The position numbers and the translations under genes were made by a program. The notes under the pieces were generated by a model, which saw nothing but the letters and a program-made list of their open reading frames with translations, did no database searches and was not told the DNA's origin. From an uncultured Bacteriovoracaceae bacterium (GTDB taxonomy: Bacteria > Desulfobacterota > Desulfomonilia > UBA1062), in contig CAZEMO010000003.1 of NCBI GenBank assembly GCA_964513375.1, positions 92,730 through 156,729 of the forward strand: a DNA stretch of 64,000 nt, given 5' to 3'. This document shows positions 18,338 through 27,513 of this stretch, in pieces (position 1 is the stretch's first letter; every line of letters starts with the position of its first letter).

Positions 18338-18437
18338 TTTTGTTCTTCATTCAAGCGCTCCCTTTGTCGGCTGCGTCGGAATACTCCTCGCCATACGTCA
18401 AAGTATGTCTGCGTCGCTTCCTCCTGGCCTTCTCGGT

Positions 18438-18468
18438 ATCATCTTTAATGAAGAACAAAATTAACTAT
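18438..18468 (+). repeat. 31-bp direct repeat, copy 1 (ATCATCTTTAATGAAGAACAAAATTAACTAT)
   Basis: Exact 31-mer, also at 18652-18682. The 15-nt core AATGAAGAACAAAAT also occurs inverted at 18337-18351, abutting the crotonase stop codon. Confidence 0.7.
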
Positions 18469-18651
18469 ATACTGTAACTTTGCATACCTTTGATTCGGGC
18501 TATTGACGGCCCTCACCCTTCGGGCGCATCTTCGATGCGTCAATTTTCGTGAAGCGAAAATTTGTTATAACGTCCTGAATATAATACTTTCTGAAGCGCT
18601 TCCATTATCTCTGCACCTTCGGCTTGAGGAGCGCAGCGAAGGCGAAGAGAC

Positions 18652-18682
18652 ATCATCTTTAATGAAGAACAAAATTAACTAT
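18652..18682 (+). repeat. 31-bp direct repeat, copy 2
   Basis: Identical to 18438-18468. Confidence 0.7.
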
Positions 18683-18826
18683 GATTATCAGCATCTCTGC
18701 GTCGCTCCCCATCTCATCACTGCGGCGCAGGATAGCTGTAAAGCAAAAATCCCAGAAGCTTTTGATTCTACTTATTATCTCAACTTCTTAACATCTAATC
18801 TTCTTTTCCTGCTCAACAGCTAATCA

Positions 18827-18856
18827 TTGACATAACCGGGAGATGAGCCTTAATAT
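18827..18856 (+). promoter_or_regulatory. Sigma-70-like promoter (TTGACA, 18-nt spacer, TAATAT) for the second CocE/NonD hydrolase
   Basis: Read directly. It is followed by an AAGGTGG RBS. Confidence 0.4.
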
Positions 18857-18879
18857 TTTTTCAAAATCAAAGGTGGTGA

Positions 18880-20670
18880 ATGCCAATGAAGATATCTGAA
18901 AAATCTCCCGGTCTTCTGATTGTCGCTGCAGCACTCACAGTCTCATGCCTCATTTTCACTGGGTGCAACAAAATGAACATTGTCGCCTGGTACATGGGGC
19001 TTCCCCAGCCCCAGTACAAGATCAAGGTCACCGAAGGCGTCATGATCTCCATGAGAGACGGAGTGAAGCTGGCAACCGACCTTTATATGCCGGATAAGGC
19101 AGGCAAATACCCGGTAGTGCTCATCAGGACAATGTACGGCAGGCAGAATAAGGAGCATGGATACGATACCATAGCAAAAATATTCACATCTCAGGGATAC
19201 GCCTTCCTGGTTCAGGATGTAAGGGGCCGCTTCGATTCCGGGGGAGATTTTTATCCCTACATATACGAGGCCGCCGACGGTTATGATACTGTCGAGTGGG
19301 CAGGCACACAGGAATGGAGTACCGGCAAGGTCGGGACCATCGGCGCATCCTACTGGGGGTCAACGCAGTGGCTGCTTTCACCCAATTCAAGCAAATATCT
19401 CAAGGCCATGGTTCCCATAAACACCAGCCAGGATGTCTACCCGCGCTGGATATACTACAGCATCTTCAGGATCACTGATGTACTTGCCTGGTTTTATGAA
19501 AACGCCCCGCGCAGGGGAAGGAGTGTTGAAGGCATCGACTGGAACAAGGCTGTCTCCACGCTCCCGCTCATCAAGGCGGATGATTCGCTCGGTGAGAATA
19601 TCCCGGCCTACAACGACTGGATAAACCATCCTGTCCCGGGGCCCTACTGGGACAGAATACGTGTGGACAACAAGGTGCAGCAGATCACGGTTCCGGCCAT
19701 GATCATCGAAGGCTGGTACGACTATTATCTGGACCTGGCTCTGAATGATTTCAACCGCATGAGAAACGAAAGTGGAAGCGCTGAAGCGAAACAAAGCGTC
19801 CTCATGGTCGGCCCCTGGACCCACACCATGAAATCGAAGTTCTCAGACGCAGATTTCGGCAAGGAAGCATCATTTATAAAACAGTACAAACTCGTTATCG
19901 ACTGGTTCGACTACTGGTTGAAGGGTAAGGACAACGGTATCCTGTCAAAGGGGCCGGTAAGGATATTCACCATGGGGTCAAACACATGGAAAACAGAAAA
20001 AGAGTGGCCGCCCAAAAATGTCAAATACGAAGATTATTTCCTTCACAGCGACGGCAATGCAAACGGCCTGGAGGGTGTAGGGAAGCTCTCGAAGGCCATG
20101 CCCGGCAGCGAGAATTCTGACAATTACGACTACGACCCGGCCAATCCGGTCCCATCGATCGGCGGCACTTCGATTTACGGCAGTCTCAAGGCAGGCCCCT
20201 GTGACCAGAAAACGGTCGAGTCGCGCAGGGATGTGCTGATTTATACTAGTGCGCCGCTCGAGGCTGATATGAATATCACAGGACCCGTGAAGCTGATCTT
20301 TTACGCCTCTTCTTCTGCAAAAGATACCGACTTTGCCGCAAAACTGACCAATGTCCATCCGGACGGAAAATCCGTCAACATCCAGGCCGCAGTGATCAGG
20401 GCGAAGTACCGCGACTCCTTCGAAAAACCCGCGCTTCTGGAGAACGGAAAGGTGTACAGGTTCGAGATGCTCATCGGCTCTACCAGCCTTCTCCTTAAGA
20501 AGGGCCACAGGATAAGGCTGCAGCTCACATCATCCAATTTTCCGGAATACGGAAGAAATCTCAACACCGGTGATGACAACGGCACAACTTCCGCCATGGT
20601 GATGGCTTCGCAGGTTATCTATCACGATGCCGATCACCCCTCTAAACTCGTACTGCCGGTGATTCCGTGA
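18880..20670 (+). CDS. CocE/NonD family hydrolase (S15 X-Pro dipeptidyl-peptidase-like) lipoprotein
   Basis: Lipobox 'IFTGC'. 'VVLIRTMYGR', 'FLVQDVRGRFDSGG', the nucleophile 'GASYWGSTQW' and the C-terminal 'LQLTSSNFPEYGRNLNTGD' beta-sandwich. Confidence 0.85.
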   Translation: MPMKISEKSPGLLIVAAALTVSCLIFTGCNKMNIVAWYMGLPQPQYKIKVTEGVMISMRDGVKLATDLYMPDKAGKYPVVLIRTMYGRQNKEHGYDTIAKIFTSQGYAFLVQDVRGRFDSGGDFYPYIYEAADGYDTVEWAGTQEWSTGKVGTIGASYWGSTQWLLSPNSSKYLKAMVPINTSQDVYPRWIYYSIFRITDVLAWFYENAPRRGRSVEGIDWNKAVSTLPLIKADDSLGENIPAYNDWINHPVPGPYWDRIRVDNKVQQITVPAMIIEGWYDYYLDLALNDFNRMRNESGSAEAKQSVLMVGPWTHTMKSKFSDADFGKEASFIKQYKLVIDWFDYWLKGKDNGILSKGPVRIFTMGSNTWKTEKEWPPKNVKYEDYFLHSDGNANGLEGVGKLSKAMPGSENSDNYDYDPANPVPSIGGTSIYGSLKAGPCDQKTVESRRDVLIYTSAPLEADMNITGPVKLIFYASSSAKDTDFAAKLTNVHPDGKSVNIQAAVIRAKYRDSFEKPALLENGKVYRFEMLIGSTSLLLKKGHRIRLQLTSSNFPEYGRNLNTGDDNGTTSAMVMASQVIYHDADHPSKLVLPVIP

Positions 20671-20691
20671 AGGGCATGATTGATGCGAAAG

Positions 20692-20830
20692 AATAGCTGT
20701 TAAGCTTAAATAGCTGTTAGCTAGTAAGCTGTTTAGCTGTTAAGCAAAAGCTTAAAACCTTAGATTCTGCTTATCAGCTAATCGGCTTGTTTTTTCTTTG
20801 CTTATAAGCTTATCAGCAATTTATCATTTA
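20692..20830. repeat. AGCT-rich low-complexity array: GCTGTT(T)A(A)GC four times, AAGCTT palindromes and CTTATCAGC twice
   Basis: Read directly, between the hydrolase stop and the next gene start. Confidence 0.5.
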
Positions 20831-20870
20831 TCTTAACAACGCTCACGAAATTGCTGGTATACTTGCATAG

Positions 20871-21782
20871 ATGAACAGAAAAACCATACTGCTTCTGTTG
20901 ATGATCTTGCCGCTTTTATTTTCGGCATCAGACTCATATGCAGATGAGCCTCTCATAAAGCGCATTTCCAAGCCTGATTTCTGGTCCCAGTACACATTCG
21001 AAGCCCCTGCGGATATCGAAGACAGCGGTTACACTACCCCGGGTGAGAACCCTATGGTGAGTCTTCACGAACTTCAGACAGGTTTCATCTTCCCAATATA
21101 CATGTCCAAAGATTTTCGTATAATGAGCGGCGCAAACGTCAACTGGCACTATTTCGATTTTTCGGGTGTGGAACTGGACAATATAAATACATTCGACCTT
21201 TCCATACCCTTTAATTTCATGGTCCCGATCAATGAGCAGTGGATGATAATGGCCCTTGTCGCACCAGGAATCCACAGCGACCTCAAAAGAGTTGACTACA
21301 GGGATTTCAAGTCAGCCTTTCTTCTGCTGGCCAATTACACATACAGTGAACAACTTCAGATAAGCATGGGCGTGGCATACAGCAGAATATTCGGAAAAGA
21401 CACCTTCTTCCCTGCGGCAGGCCTGACATGGACGCCGGATAATGCATGGACCATACGCCTGATGTTTCCCAAACCGGGTATATCCTATTCGTTCAATGAG
21501 CGTTTGCGTTTCTCCCTCGGAATTGAGCCTGCAGGGGGTGAATGGAATATCAGGGATCCCAGAACCATCAACAATGATGATGAAGAATATACTTTCGAAT
21601 TCAAGGGCTGGCGTACAGGTGCCGGCGCAGAATACGACATAACGCGAAATGTATCAGCGTTCCTGGATGCAGGCTTTACCCTCAGCAGGAAATACATAAT
21701 CGGAAATGACGACGGGACAATCCTAAACTCGGATGTCGATAATACACCAGGCTTCAGGCTGGGAGTTCAGCTGCACAGATGA
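20871..21782 (+). CDS. Secreted hypothetical protein, probably beta-rich / outer-membrane associated
   Basis: Signal peptide 'LLLLMILPLLFSASDSYA'. Alternating hydrophobic beta-strand-like segments. No recognised family. Confidence 0.5.
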   Translation: MNRKTILLLLMILPLLFSASDSYADEPLIKRISKPDFWSQYTFEAPADIEDSGYTTPGENPMVSLHELQTGFIFPIYMSKDFRIMSGANVNWHYFDFSGVELDNINTFDLSIPFNFMVPINEQWMIMALVAPGIHSDLKRVDYRDFKSAFLLLANYTYSEQLQISMGVAYSRIFGKDTFFPAAGLTWTPDNAWTIRLMFPKPGISYSFNERLRFSLGIEPAGGEWNIRDPRTINNDDEEYTFEFKGWRTGAGAEYDITRNVSAFLDAGFTLSRKYIIGNDDGTILNSDVDNTPGFRLGVQLHR

Positions 21783-21958
21783 AAAGCAGACATATAAAAA
21801 AATATCGAATTGACTGACTGCTGATAATTGATTTTTTTCAGGATTATTCCTTCGGCCTGAACACATTTTACTTTACCTATTGCCAACGCTTCATGTTAGT
21901 ATTAATATTTCCATATCGGTAATTTTCCAGTCCGGTAATTCAAACAAGGAGGCATTGC

Positions 21959-22639
21959 ATGGGTATTTTAAAAAAGGCGTTATTTGTCGCCGTTTCGACT
22001 GTCGGGGTAAATGTTGCGCTCACGGTTATAAACATACTTCAGGCAGGGAGCAAATACCCTGACGGCAGGACCATGAAGGATATCCTCGGAAAAGATCCGG
22101 CAAAGGCCACTGCCGAAGATGTCGCCAGGCTATCCAGGGCGGACTGCATGCAGCTTTTCTATGCGGCCGATGTGCCAGACTTTGCAACACTGAAGGGTGA
22201 ATTCACGGCTAAAGTTCTACCCGGCGGCGTACAGGGAATGGCGAGCGAACTGTTCACCCATCACGTATTCCCGACCGGCGGCGTCACGATGAAAACCCAC
22301 TGGGAAGGGAAAGCCTTCCTGCCGGAAACTCCCACATCAGGCTATGGCTATAACATCTTCTCGGACAAGTCTTCGGGAAGCTCGAAAGTACTCAGACTCA
22401 GGAAATTCAGAACTCATGTCGGACCGACAACGCTGGGCAAAGACGGCAGAAACTCAATACATCTCGTCTATCATGACTTCAATACCGGCACGGTCAAATC
22501 AATGCACGACGAGGCACGCAGGGTAAACGACAAACTTTATATATGCGGCGGATATATGGCGCTGGGCGGAGGAGCCATAAACCCGGCACCCTTCGTTCTG
22601 ATCGGCCCGCCTTCGGAATGGGTGGGGCTGGACAAGTAA
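21959..22639 (+). CDS. Membrane-anchored hypothetical protein. The C-terminal region resembles the DUF4334 (GXWXG-associated) family.
   Basis: Perfect AAGGAGG RBS. The C-terminal 'VYHDFNTGTVKSMHDEARRVNDKLYICGGYMALGG' resembles DUF4334. This is recollection only. Confidence 0.5.
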   Translation: MGILKKALFVAVSTVGVNVALTVINILQAGSKYPDGRTMKDILGKDPAKATAEDVARLSRADCMQLFYAADVPDFATLKGEFTAKVLPGGVQGMASELFTHHVFPTGGVTMKTHWEGKAFLPETPTSGYGYNIFSDKSSGSSKVLRLRKFRTHVGPTTLGKDGRNSIHLVYHDFNTGTVKSMHDEARRVNDKLYICGGYMALGGGAINPAPFVLIGPPSEWVGLDK

Positions 22640-22655
22640 GCCAGGACCTCAAATT

Positions 22656-23108
22656 TCACAGAGAACAGGGAGGCAGCCTTCTCATATAAGGGCCTCCCTC
22701 GAAGCCGAATCGCCGGTAGAAAGAAGCGGCGCGCACATTTGCCGGATGGACCCATATTTTTATATCTGTGACCTCGCTTCTTTCGAAAAACGAAAGAGCC
22801 GATTCGACAAAGAGCTTCCCGTAACCTTTGCACCTGAGCTTCTCATGAATGAAGAGAGACTCTATTTCTCCTGTGCCGTCCTCAGCAATCGTGGAGTAGC
22901 AGTATCCTGCGAGTTCGCCGTTTTCGTAAAAAAGCTCGATGCCGGTCTTGAATCCCGATTTGTCAAGAAGCTGCCGCCTGCGCTCGGGCCACACGGTTGT
23001 CCTGACAGGCTGTCCCGTTTCAACGTCAAATTTTTTGTGCATTTCGTTGAGCAGAAACCACAAAGGTTCAATAAGGTCGATGGAATTTTTATCGATTTTT
23101 CTGAACAT
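22656..23108 (-). CDS. GNAT family N-acetyltransferase
   Basis: 'IHEKLRCKGYGKLFVESA' is the acetyl-CoA binding motif A. Confidence 0.8.
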   Translation of the reverse strand: MFRKIDKNSIDLIEPLWFLLNEMHKKFDVETGQPVRTTVWPERRRQLLDKSGFKTGIELFYENGELAGYCYSTIAEDGTGEIESLFIHEKLRCKGYGKLFVESALSFFERSEVTDIKIWVHPANVRAASFYRRFGFEGGPYMRRLPPCSL

Positions 23109-23116
23109 CTGTAAAA

Positions 23117-23446
23117 CTATTTCTGGGGCATGGAGCTCACGAAGCTGATGCAGGTCTTTACCCAGAATGAAAGGTCGCTGTCGTCCTCATATCCTTTGGG
23201 GCCTACAACGACAAAGCCTTTCATGGGCTTGCCTGTCATATCGAATTTTCTGGTGTGGGCTTTTGCAAGATAAACTTCATAATCGGATGTCCCCAGCCTG
23301 GCTATGAAATCCTCTCCTATTATACCGCAAAGCATGTTTCCGTTAAGCATGAACGCAATGCCTCCGAACATCTTCTTTTCGGTGATGCCACGGTGATCAA
23401 CAAGAATTTCTCTGATTCTCTGCGCCAGTCCTTCATCATGCGGCAT
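23117..23446 (-). CDS. TfoX/Sxy N-terminal domain protein
   Basis: The start was reassigned to 'MPHDEGL'. 'KKMFGGIAFMLNGNMLCGI' matches the TfoX_N signature. Confidence 0.6.
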   Translation of the reverse strand: MPHDEGLAQRIREILVDHRGITEKKMFGGIAFMLNGNMLCGIIGEDFIARLGTSDYEVYLAKAHTRKFDMTGKPMKGFVVVGPKGYEDDSDLSFWVKTCISFVSSMPQK

Positions 23447-23468
23447 AGTCCTGTCCTTATGGTGAAAA

Positions 23469-24104
23469 TTAGAATGTACAGCTGATGCTGAAAGAGGGAT
23501 TAAACTCTCCTGCAGTATCATTATCGGAATAATCGTCATTAAACTTGACTCGAAATAAATTGTATTCAACATCCGCCCCGACAGCCAGATTTTTGAACAC
23601 CCTGAAATCGATCCCGACAATACCCTGAGCACCTATATTAAACGAAGTCGAATTGACTGATTCATCGTAAGAGCGGCTGGAATAATCGATCTTCATTTTC
23701 CTCAAGTACAGACCAGGCCCTGCGCCAGCGTAGAAATCAATAATTTTCGAACTGTAAATGTACATGAACGTAACGGGCGCATTTACCGAGTAAAGGTCGG
23801 CCTTATAGTTTTCCCGGAATCCGTTGTCATATTCCATGGACTTGTCGCAGTAGTTGTGCGCATACCCCAGGGCTCCCCTCACCCCGAATGCACCGAACCT
23901 CCTTGCATAGGAGAGCTCATAATAAGCACCGGGGTTAAGTTCGATGTTGTCTCCTCTCGGATTGTATATCGTTATGGAAGGATTCATGTAACCCAGCTTG
24001 AACATGACGAAATTATCAGCAGGCGTTTCCCCGGCAGATGCATCAGCAAACGCGGGGAAACAGACTGCACAGAACAGCATTATGACAGCAAAACTCTTTC
24101 TCAC
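23469..24104 (-). CDS. Outer-membrane beta-barrel protein (OmpW/OmpA-like small porin family)
   Basis: Signal peptide, alternating aromatic beta-strands and a C-terminal Phe. Confidence 0.6.
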   Translation of the reverse strand: MRKSFAVIMLFCAVCFPAFADASAGETPADNFVMFKLGYMNPSITIYNPRGDNIELNPGAYYELSYARRFGAFGVRGALGYAHNYCDKSMEYDNGFRENYKADLYSVNAPVTFMYIYSSKIIDFYAGAGPGLYLRKMKIDYSSRSYDESVNSTSFNIGAQGIVGIDFRVFKNLAVGADVEYNLFRVKFNDDYSDNDTAGEFNPSFSISCTF

Positions 24105-24154
24105 ATGAACCTCATATAAATTTCAGATAATAAAACAGCTGTCTTTAATATGAT

Positions 24155-24715
24155 TTAAAATTTTTCGCCGAACCTTTCCAGATGCGTCATTGCCGAAAGC
24201 TCTTTCCTGCCCGGCGAATTTCGCAATGCCTCCGGCTTTCCGACCGGCAGCACTGCAACTACTTCGTAGCCGTCAGGAAGGCCGACTATTTTTTTGCAGG
24301 CGTCATGATCCATGAGGCCTACGACAACAGTACCCAGCCCTATCTCGTGAGCCTTCAGGCACAGGTTCTGTACAGCCAGGCCAAGGTCGAACATGAACCA
24401 TTCCTTGTGCTTGGTCAGGTCCTTGCCGCCATAACCTCCGGACACACCGGTTTTCGCGCATGCGACGATCAGTGCAGATGCGTTCAGCGCTCCTTTCGTT
24501 GCCGGATTTTTCTCCGAGAATGTTCCTACTGCCTGCTGAATCCGCTCTTTATCCCTGATGATAACGAACTCCCAGACCTGGGTGTTAGCCCATGACTGGG
24601 AAAGCCGTGCCGCTTCAAGCACCTGTTTGAGATCATCATCCGTGACCACGTAGTCCGTATATTTCCTTACGCTTCTTCTTTCCTCTATTGCCTTGTCAAG
24701 CTCCATGATTATCAT
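24155..24715 (-). CDS. Nitroreductase family protein
   Basis: 'RRSVRKYTD' FMN-binding N-terminus. Length 186 aa. Confidence 0.85.
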   Translation of the reverse strand: MIIMELDKAIEERRSVRKYTDYVVTDDDLKQVLEAARLSQSWANTQVWEFVIIRDKERIQQAVGTFSEKNPATKGALNASALIVACAKTGVSGGYGGKDLTKHKEWFMFDLGLAVQNLCLKAHEIGLGTVVVGLMDHDACKKIVGLPDGYEVVAVLPVGKPEALRNSPGRKELSAMTHLERFGEKF

Positions 24716-24723
24716 CCTCCTTC

Positions 24724-25485
24724 TTATCCCATCATCTTCATTACGAATTCGAGAGCCGAGCGCACCTGAGGGTCAAAGAAGCAGTTGAGGCTCTGCTGCC
24801 ATTCTTTATTGTCGAGCCTTGCCTGGATTGCATCGGCGACCGGCTTCTTGAGCCCTTCCTTCAATTTGATGAACGCCCTGCCAGGATTGTCGATAAACTT
24901 TGAAATGAGCTCCTTGGCCCTTGCAATAAGCAGCTCCGCCGGTACCAACTCGTCGACCGCACCGATTGCTTTGGCCTGTTCGGGCGTAAGCATTTCACCG
25001 AAGTACATCACATCGCGAAAGTTCTTGTCGCTGTTGAGGCCGAATCTTACGACTCCGGTCTGGACTACCGACAGAGGCAGGCCTATCTTGATCTCGCTCA
25101 TGCCGAATTTGATCTTGGGGTTATCTGCCATCACACGGTAATCGCAGGCCATTGAAAATATCATCCCTGCGGCAACGGCATGGCCGTTGATTGCTGCAAT
25201 GACCGGCTTTCTGCATCTGAAAAGATCCAGAAGGATCGGCTCTTCGATATCGAAGAAAGCAATAACCTCGTCGAGGTTTTTTAGCGACAGGAACATGGGC
25301 AGATCAAAACCGGAAGACATCACCTTGCCCGTGCCAGTAAGGACAATTCCCTTAATCGAATCGTCCGTGTCGGCCTTATTAACTATTTCACCGATCGCCT
25401 TGACCGTATCAAGCGTTATCGTATTCCCCTTGCCGTTTTCGAATGCAGCTATGATGATGCCGTCTTCAATTCTCGTATTTATCAT
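24724..25485 (-). CDS. Enoyl-CoA hydratase/isomerase family protein
   Basis: The start was set at the ATG preceded by GGAGGGG. 'VLTGTGKVMSSGFDL' and 'PVIAAINGHAVAAGMIFSMACDYRVMA'. Confidence 0.8.
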   Translation of the reverse strand: MINTRIEDGIIIAAFENGKGNTITLDTVKAIGEIVNKADTDDSIKGIVLTGTGKVMSSGFDLPMFLSLKNLDEVIAFFDIEEPILLDLFRCRKPVIAAINGHAVAAGMIFSMACDYRVMADNPKIKFGMSEIKIGLPLSVVQTGVVRFGLNSDKNFRDVMYFGEMLTPEQAKAIGAVDELVPAELLIARAKELISKFIDNPGRAFIKLKEGLKKPVADAIQARLDNKEWQQSLNCFFDPQVRSALEFVMKMMG

Positions 25486-25507
25486 GATCCCCTCCGAAAT
25501 TATTTTA

Positions 25508-26395
25508 TCAGTCTGAAAAGCTTGTAGAGCAGCTGACACCCAGCTGTTCATATATCTTGAGTGTGGCGCACGCCGCGTTAAGCGTATAGAAATGCACGCC
25601 CCTGACCCCGTTGTCAATCAGGTCCCTGACCTGCTCGGTCGCCCAGTGGATGCCTACCTTTTCCGCAAACCGGTCGTTCTCGGCGCGGAGAACGGCCTTC
25701 TGGAGTCGGGCCGGAATCCTTGCCCCATCGGTCTTTTCGGATATCTTCACCATGCTGTTCCTGCCCAGAACGGGCATTATTCCGGCAATTACAGGCACTT
25801 TAATCCCGATCAGCTCACAGCGCTCTCTGAAATCATAGAAGTCACGGTTGTCGAAAAAGAGCTGCGTGATTATGTAGTCTGCACCGGCGTCGACCTTGGC
25901 CTTCAGATAATCCATCTCCAGGAGCCTGTTCGGAGTTGCCGGGTGGCCTTCCGGGTAACCGGCGACACCTATGCACATGTCCGGATAGTTCTTCTTTATA
26001 TATGTGATGAGTTCAGAGGCATACCTGAATCCGTTCGCCGGCGTATCCCATATCTGGCCTGCTGGAGGGTCACCCTTAAGTGCCAGTATGTTCTCGACCC
26101 CTGCCTCCTGATATCTGTCCAGTATCCTTTTTATCTCATCCCTTGCGGCATTGACGCATGTCAGGTGGGAAACCACGGTGAGACCAATCTCGTTTTTGAT
26201 CCTGATAACAAGGTCGTGAGTGTTCTCGCGTGTCGAACCGCCTGCACCGTAGGTTACGCTTACCCATGAAGGCTTGAGGTCCTTCAATTCCGATATGGTG
26301 TTAAAAAGCTTTTCCCATCCGGGTTCAGTCTTTGGAGGAAAGAACTCGAAGCTGAATGTGATTTTGGACTGGTTAAGAATACCAACTACTTTCAC
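25508..26395 (-). CDS. metF: Methylenetetrahydrofolate reductase
   Basis: 'SFEFFPPKT' and 'VSVTYGAGGSTRENT' are MTHFR signatures. Confidence 0.9.
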   Translation of the reverse strand: MKVVGILNQSKITFSFEFFPPKTEPGWEKLFNTISELKDLKPSWVSVTYGAGGSTRENTHDLVIRIKNEIGLTVVSHLTCVNAARDEIKRILDRYQEAGVENILALKGDPPAGQIWDTPANGFRYASELITYIKKNYPDMCIGVAGYPEGHPATPNRLLEMDYLKAKVDAGADYIITQLFFDNRDFYDFRERCELIGIKVPVIAGIMPVLGRNSMVKISEKTDGARIPARLQKAVLRAENDRFAEKVGIHWATEQVRDLIDNGVRGVHFYTLNAACATLKIYEQLGVSCSTSFSD

Positions 26396-26478
26396 GAATA
26401 CCTCTTGAATTTTTTATCATATACATTTTATCAAGTCACTCAATATAACCATGGATTTTCCAGATATATATCTTCAAT

Positions 26479-26778
26479 CTAAAAGTCATCAGGAAATACA
26501 TTTGTATATTTTATGCTGTAGCGCGTCTCTTCCATGAGCCCGTCCACAATACTCCGCCATTTCAGGTAATGGGCGCTCTCCTTGTGCCTTGCGGATACGT
26601 TCATATCCTTATATATCTCGCGGAAAACGAACTTCGATGGATCATCTTCCTGCTGCATTATATCGAATCTCATAAAGCCGGGTTCATTGAGGCTGTTCTT
26701 CGCATTCTCAATGGATGCCTCCCTGAATATCTCTTCCGAACCTTTTTTCACATGAACAAAAACCAGTACGACTATCAT
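26479..26778 (-). CDS. Antibiotic-biosynthesis-monooxygenase (ABM/Dabb) domain protein
   Basis: About 100 aa. The start follows a perfect AAGGAGG. ABM-like beta-alpha-beta fold pattern. Confidence 0.65.
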   Translation of the reverse strand: MIVVLVFVHVKKGSEEIFREASIENAKNSLNEPGFMRFDIMQQEDDPSKFVFREIYKDMNVSARHKESAHYLKWRSIVDGLMEETRYSIKYTNVFPDDF

Positions 26779-26916
26779 TTGAACCTCCTTAAACCTGTTT
26801 TCTTGCCGGAGTGTATCAAGCCGGCATGTTATTATCAAGAATTGAGAATGTGTTTTCTCGATTGGCAATAATTACCGGCCTTGCGTCATTCAATCAAATC
26901 GTTTTAAAAGGATTGC

Positions 26917-27477
26917 ATGAGCATCCTTACCATTATAATTCTTGCCCTCGGACTTTCCATGGACGCCTTTGCTGTTTCCGTAACAAGCGGACTCACCATG
27001 AAGGTACTTAAAATCAGATACGCTCTCAGGATTGCCCTTTTTTTCGGGATATTCCAGGCATTGATGCCTGTCCTGGGTTATCTTGCGGGTCTGAGCATCA
27101 GGAAATACATCGAGAGCTTCGACCACTGGATAGCATTCGGGCTCCTCTCGGCAATAGGCGTAAAAATGATCTATGAATCTTTCTCGCTCAATAAGGATGA
27201 GCGGGCCATGAACCCCGACGATATCCTGCTCCTGCTGACTCTGGCCATAGCGACAAGCATTGACGCACTGGCAGTGGGTTTGAGCATATCGCTGCTCAAT
27301 GTCGATATAATGAAGCCTGCCGTTATTATCGGATCAGTTACATTCGCAATGAGCCTGGGCGGGGTTCTGCTCGGGAAGGCAGCTGGTCATCTTTTCGAGA
27401 ATAAAATCGAAATCCTGGGCGGGCTTATTCTCATAGGAATAGGAGTTAAAATACTTATAAGCCACCTGAGTGCTTGA
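26917..27477 (+). CDS. mntP: Manganese efflux pump MntP
   Basis: 'LALGLSMDAFAVSV' and a repeated DUF204 half. Confidence 0.85.
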   Translation: MSILTIIILALGLSMDAFAVSVTSGLTMKVLKIRYALRIALFFGIFQALMPVLGYLAGLSIRKYIESFDHWIAFGLLSAIGVKMIYESFSLNKDERAMNPDDILLLLTLAIATSIDALAVGLSISLLNVDIMKPAVIIGSVTFAMSLGGVLLGKAAGHLFENKIEILGGLILIGIGVKILISHLSA

Positions 27478-27480
27478 AAT

Positions 27481-27504
27481 GCGGACTGCCATAAGGCAGC
27501 CCGC
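27481..27504. terminator. Hairpin between the convergent mntP and SPFH genes (possible bidirectional terminator, no T-run)
   Basis: GCGGACTGCC-ATAA-GGCAGCCCGC, with one mismatch. Confidence 0.3.
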
Positions 27505-27513
27505 AGCTTGAAC

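Noticed and set aside
18503-18823. 106-aa ORF in the repeat-containing intergenic region
   Set aside because: It has no RBS, spans the 31-bp repeat, and has low-complexity composition with no recognisable domain. It is probably non-coding.
19978-20597. 176-aa and 98-aa ORFs antisense to the second CocE/NonD hydrolase
   Set aside because: They are fully embedded in a conserved hydrolase gene and have no independent support.
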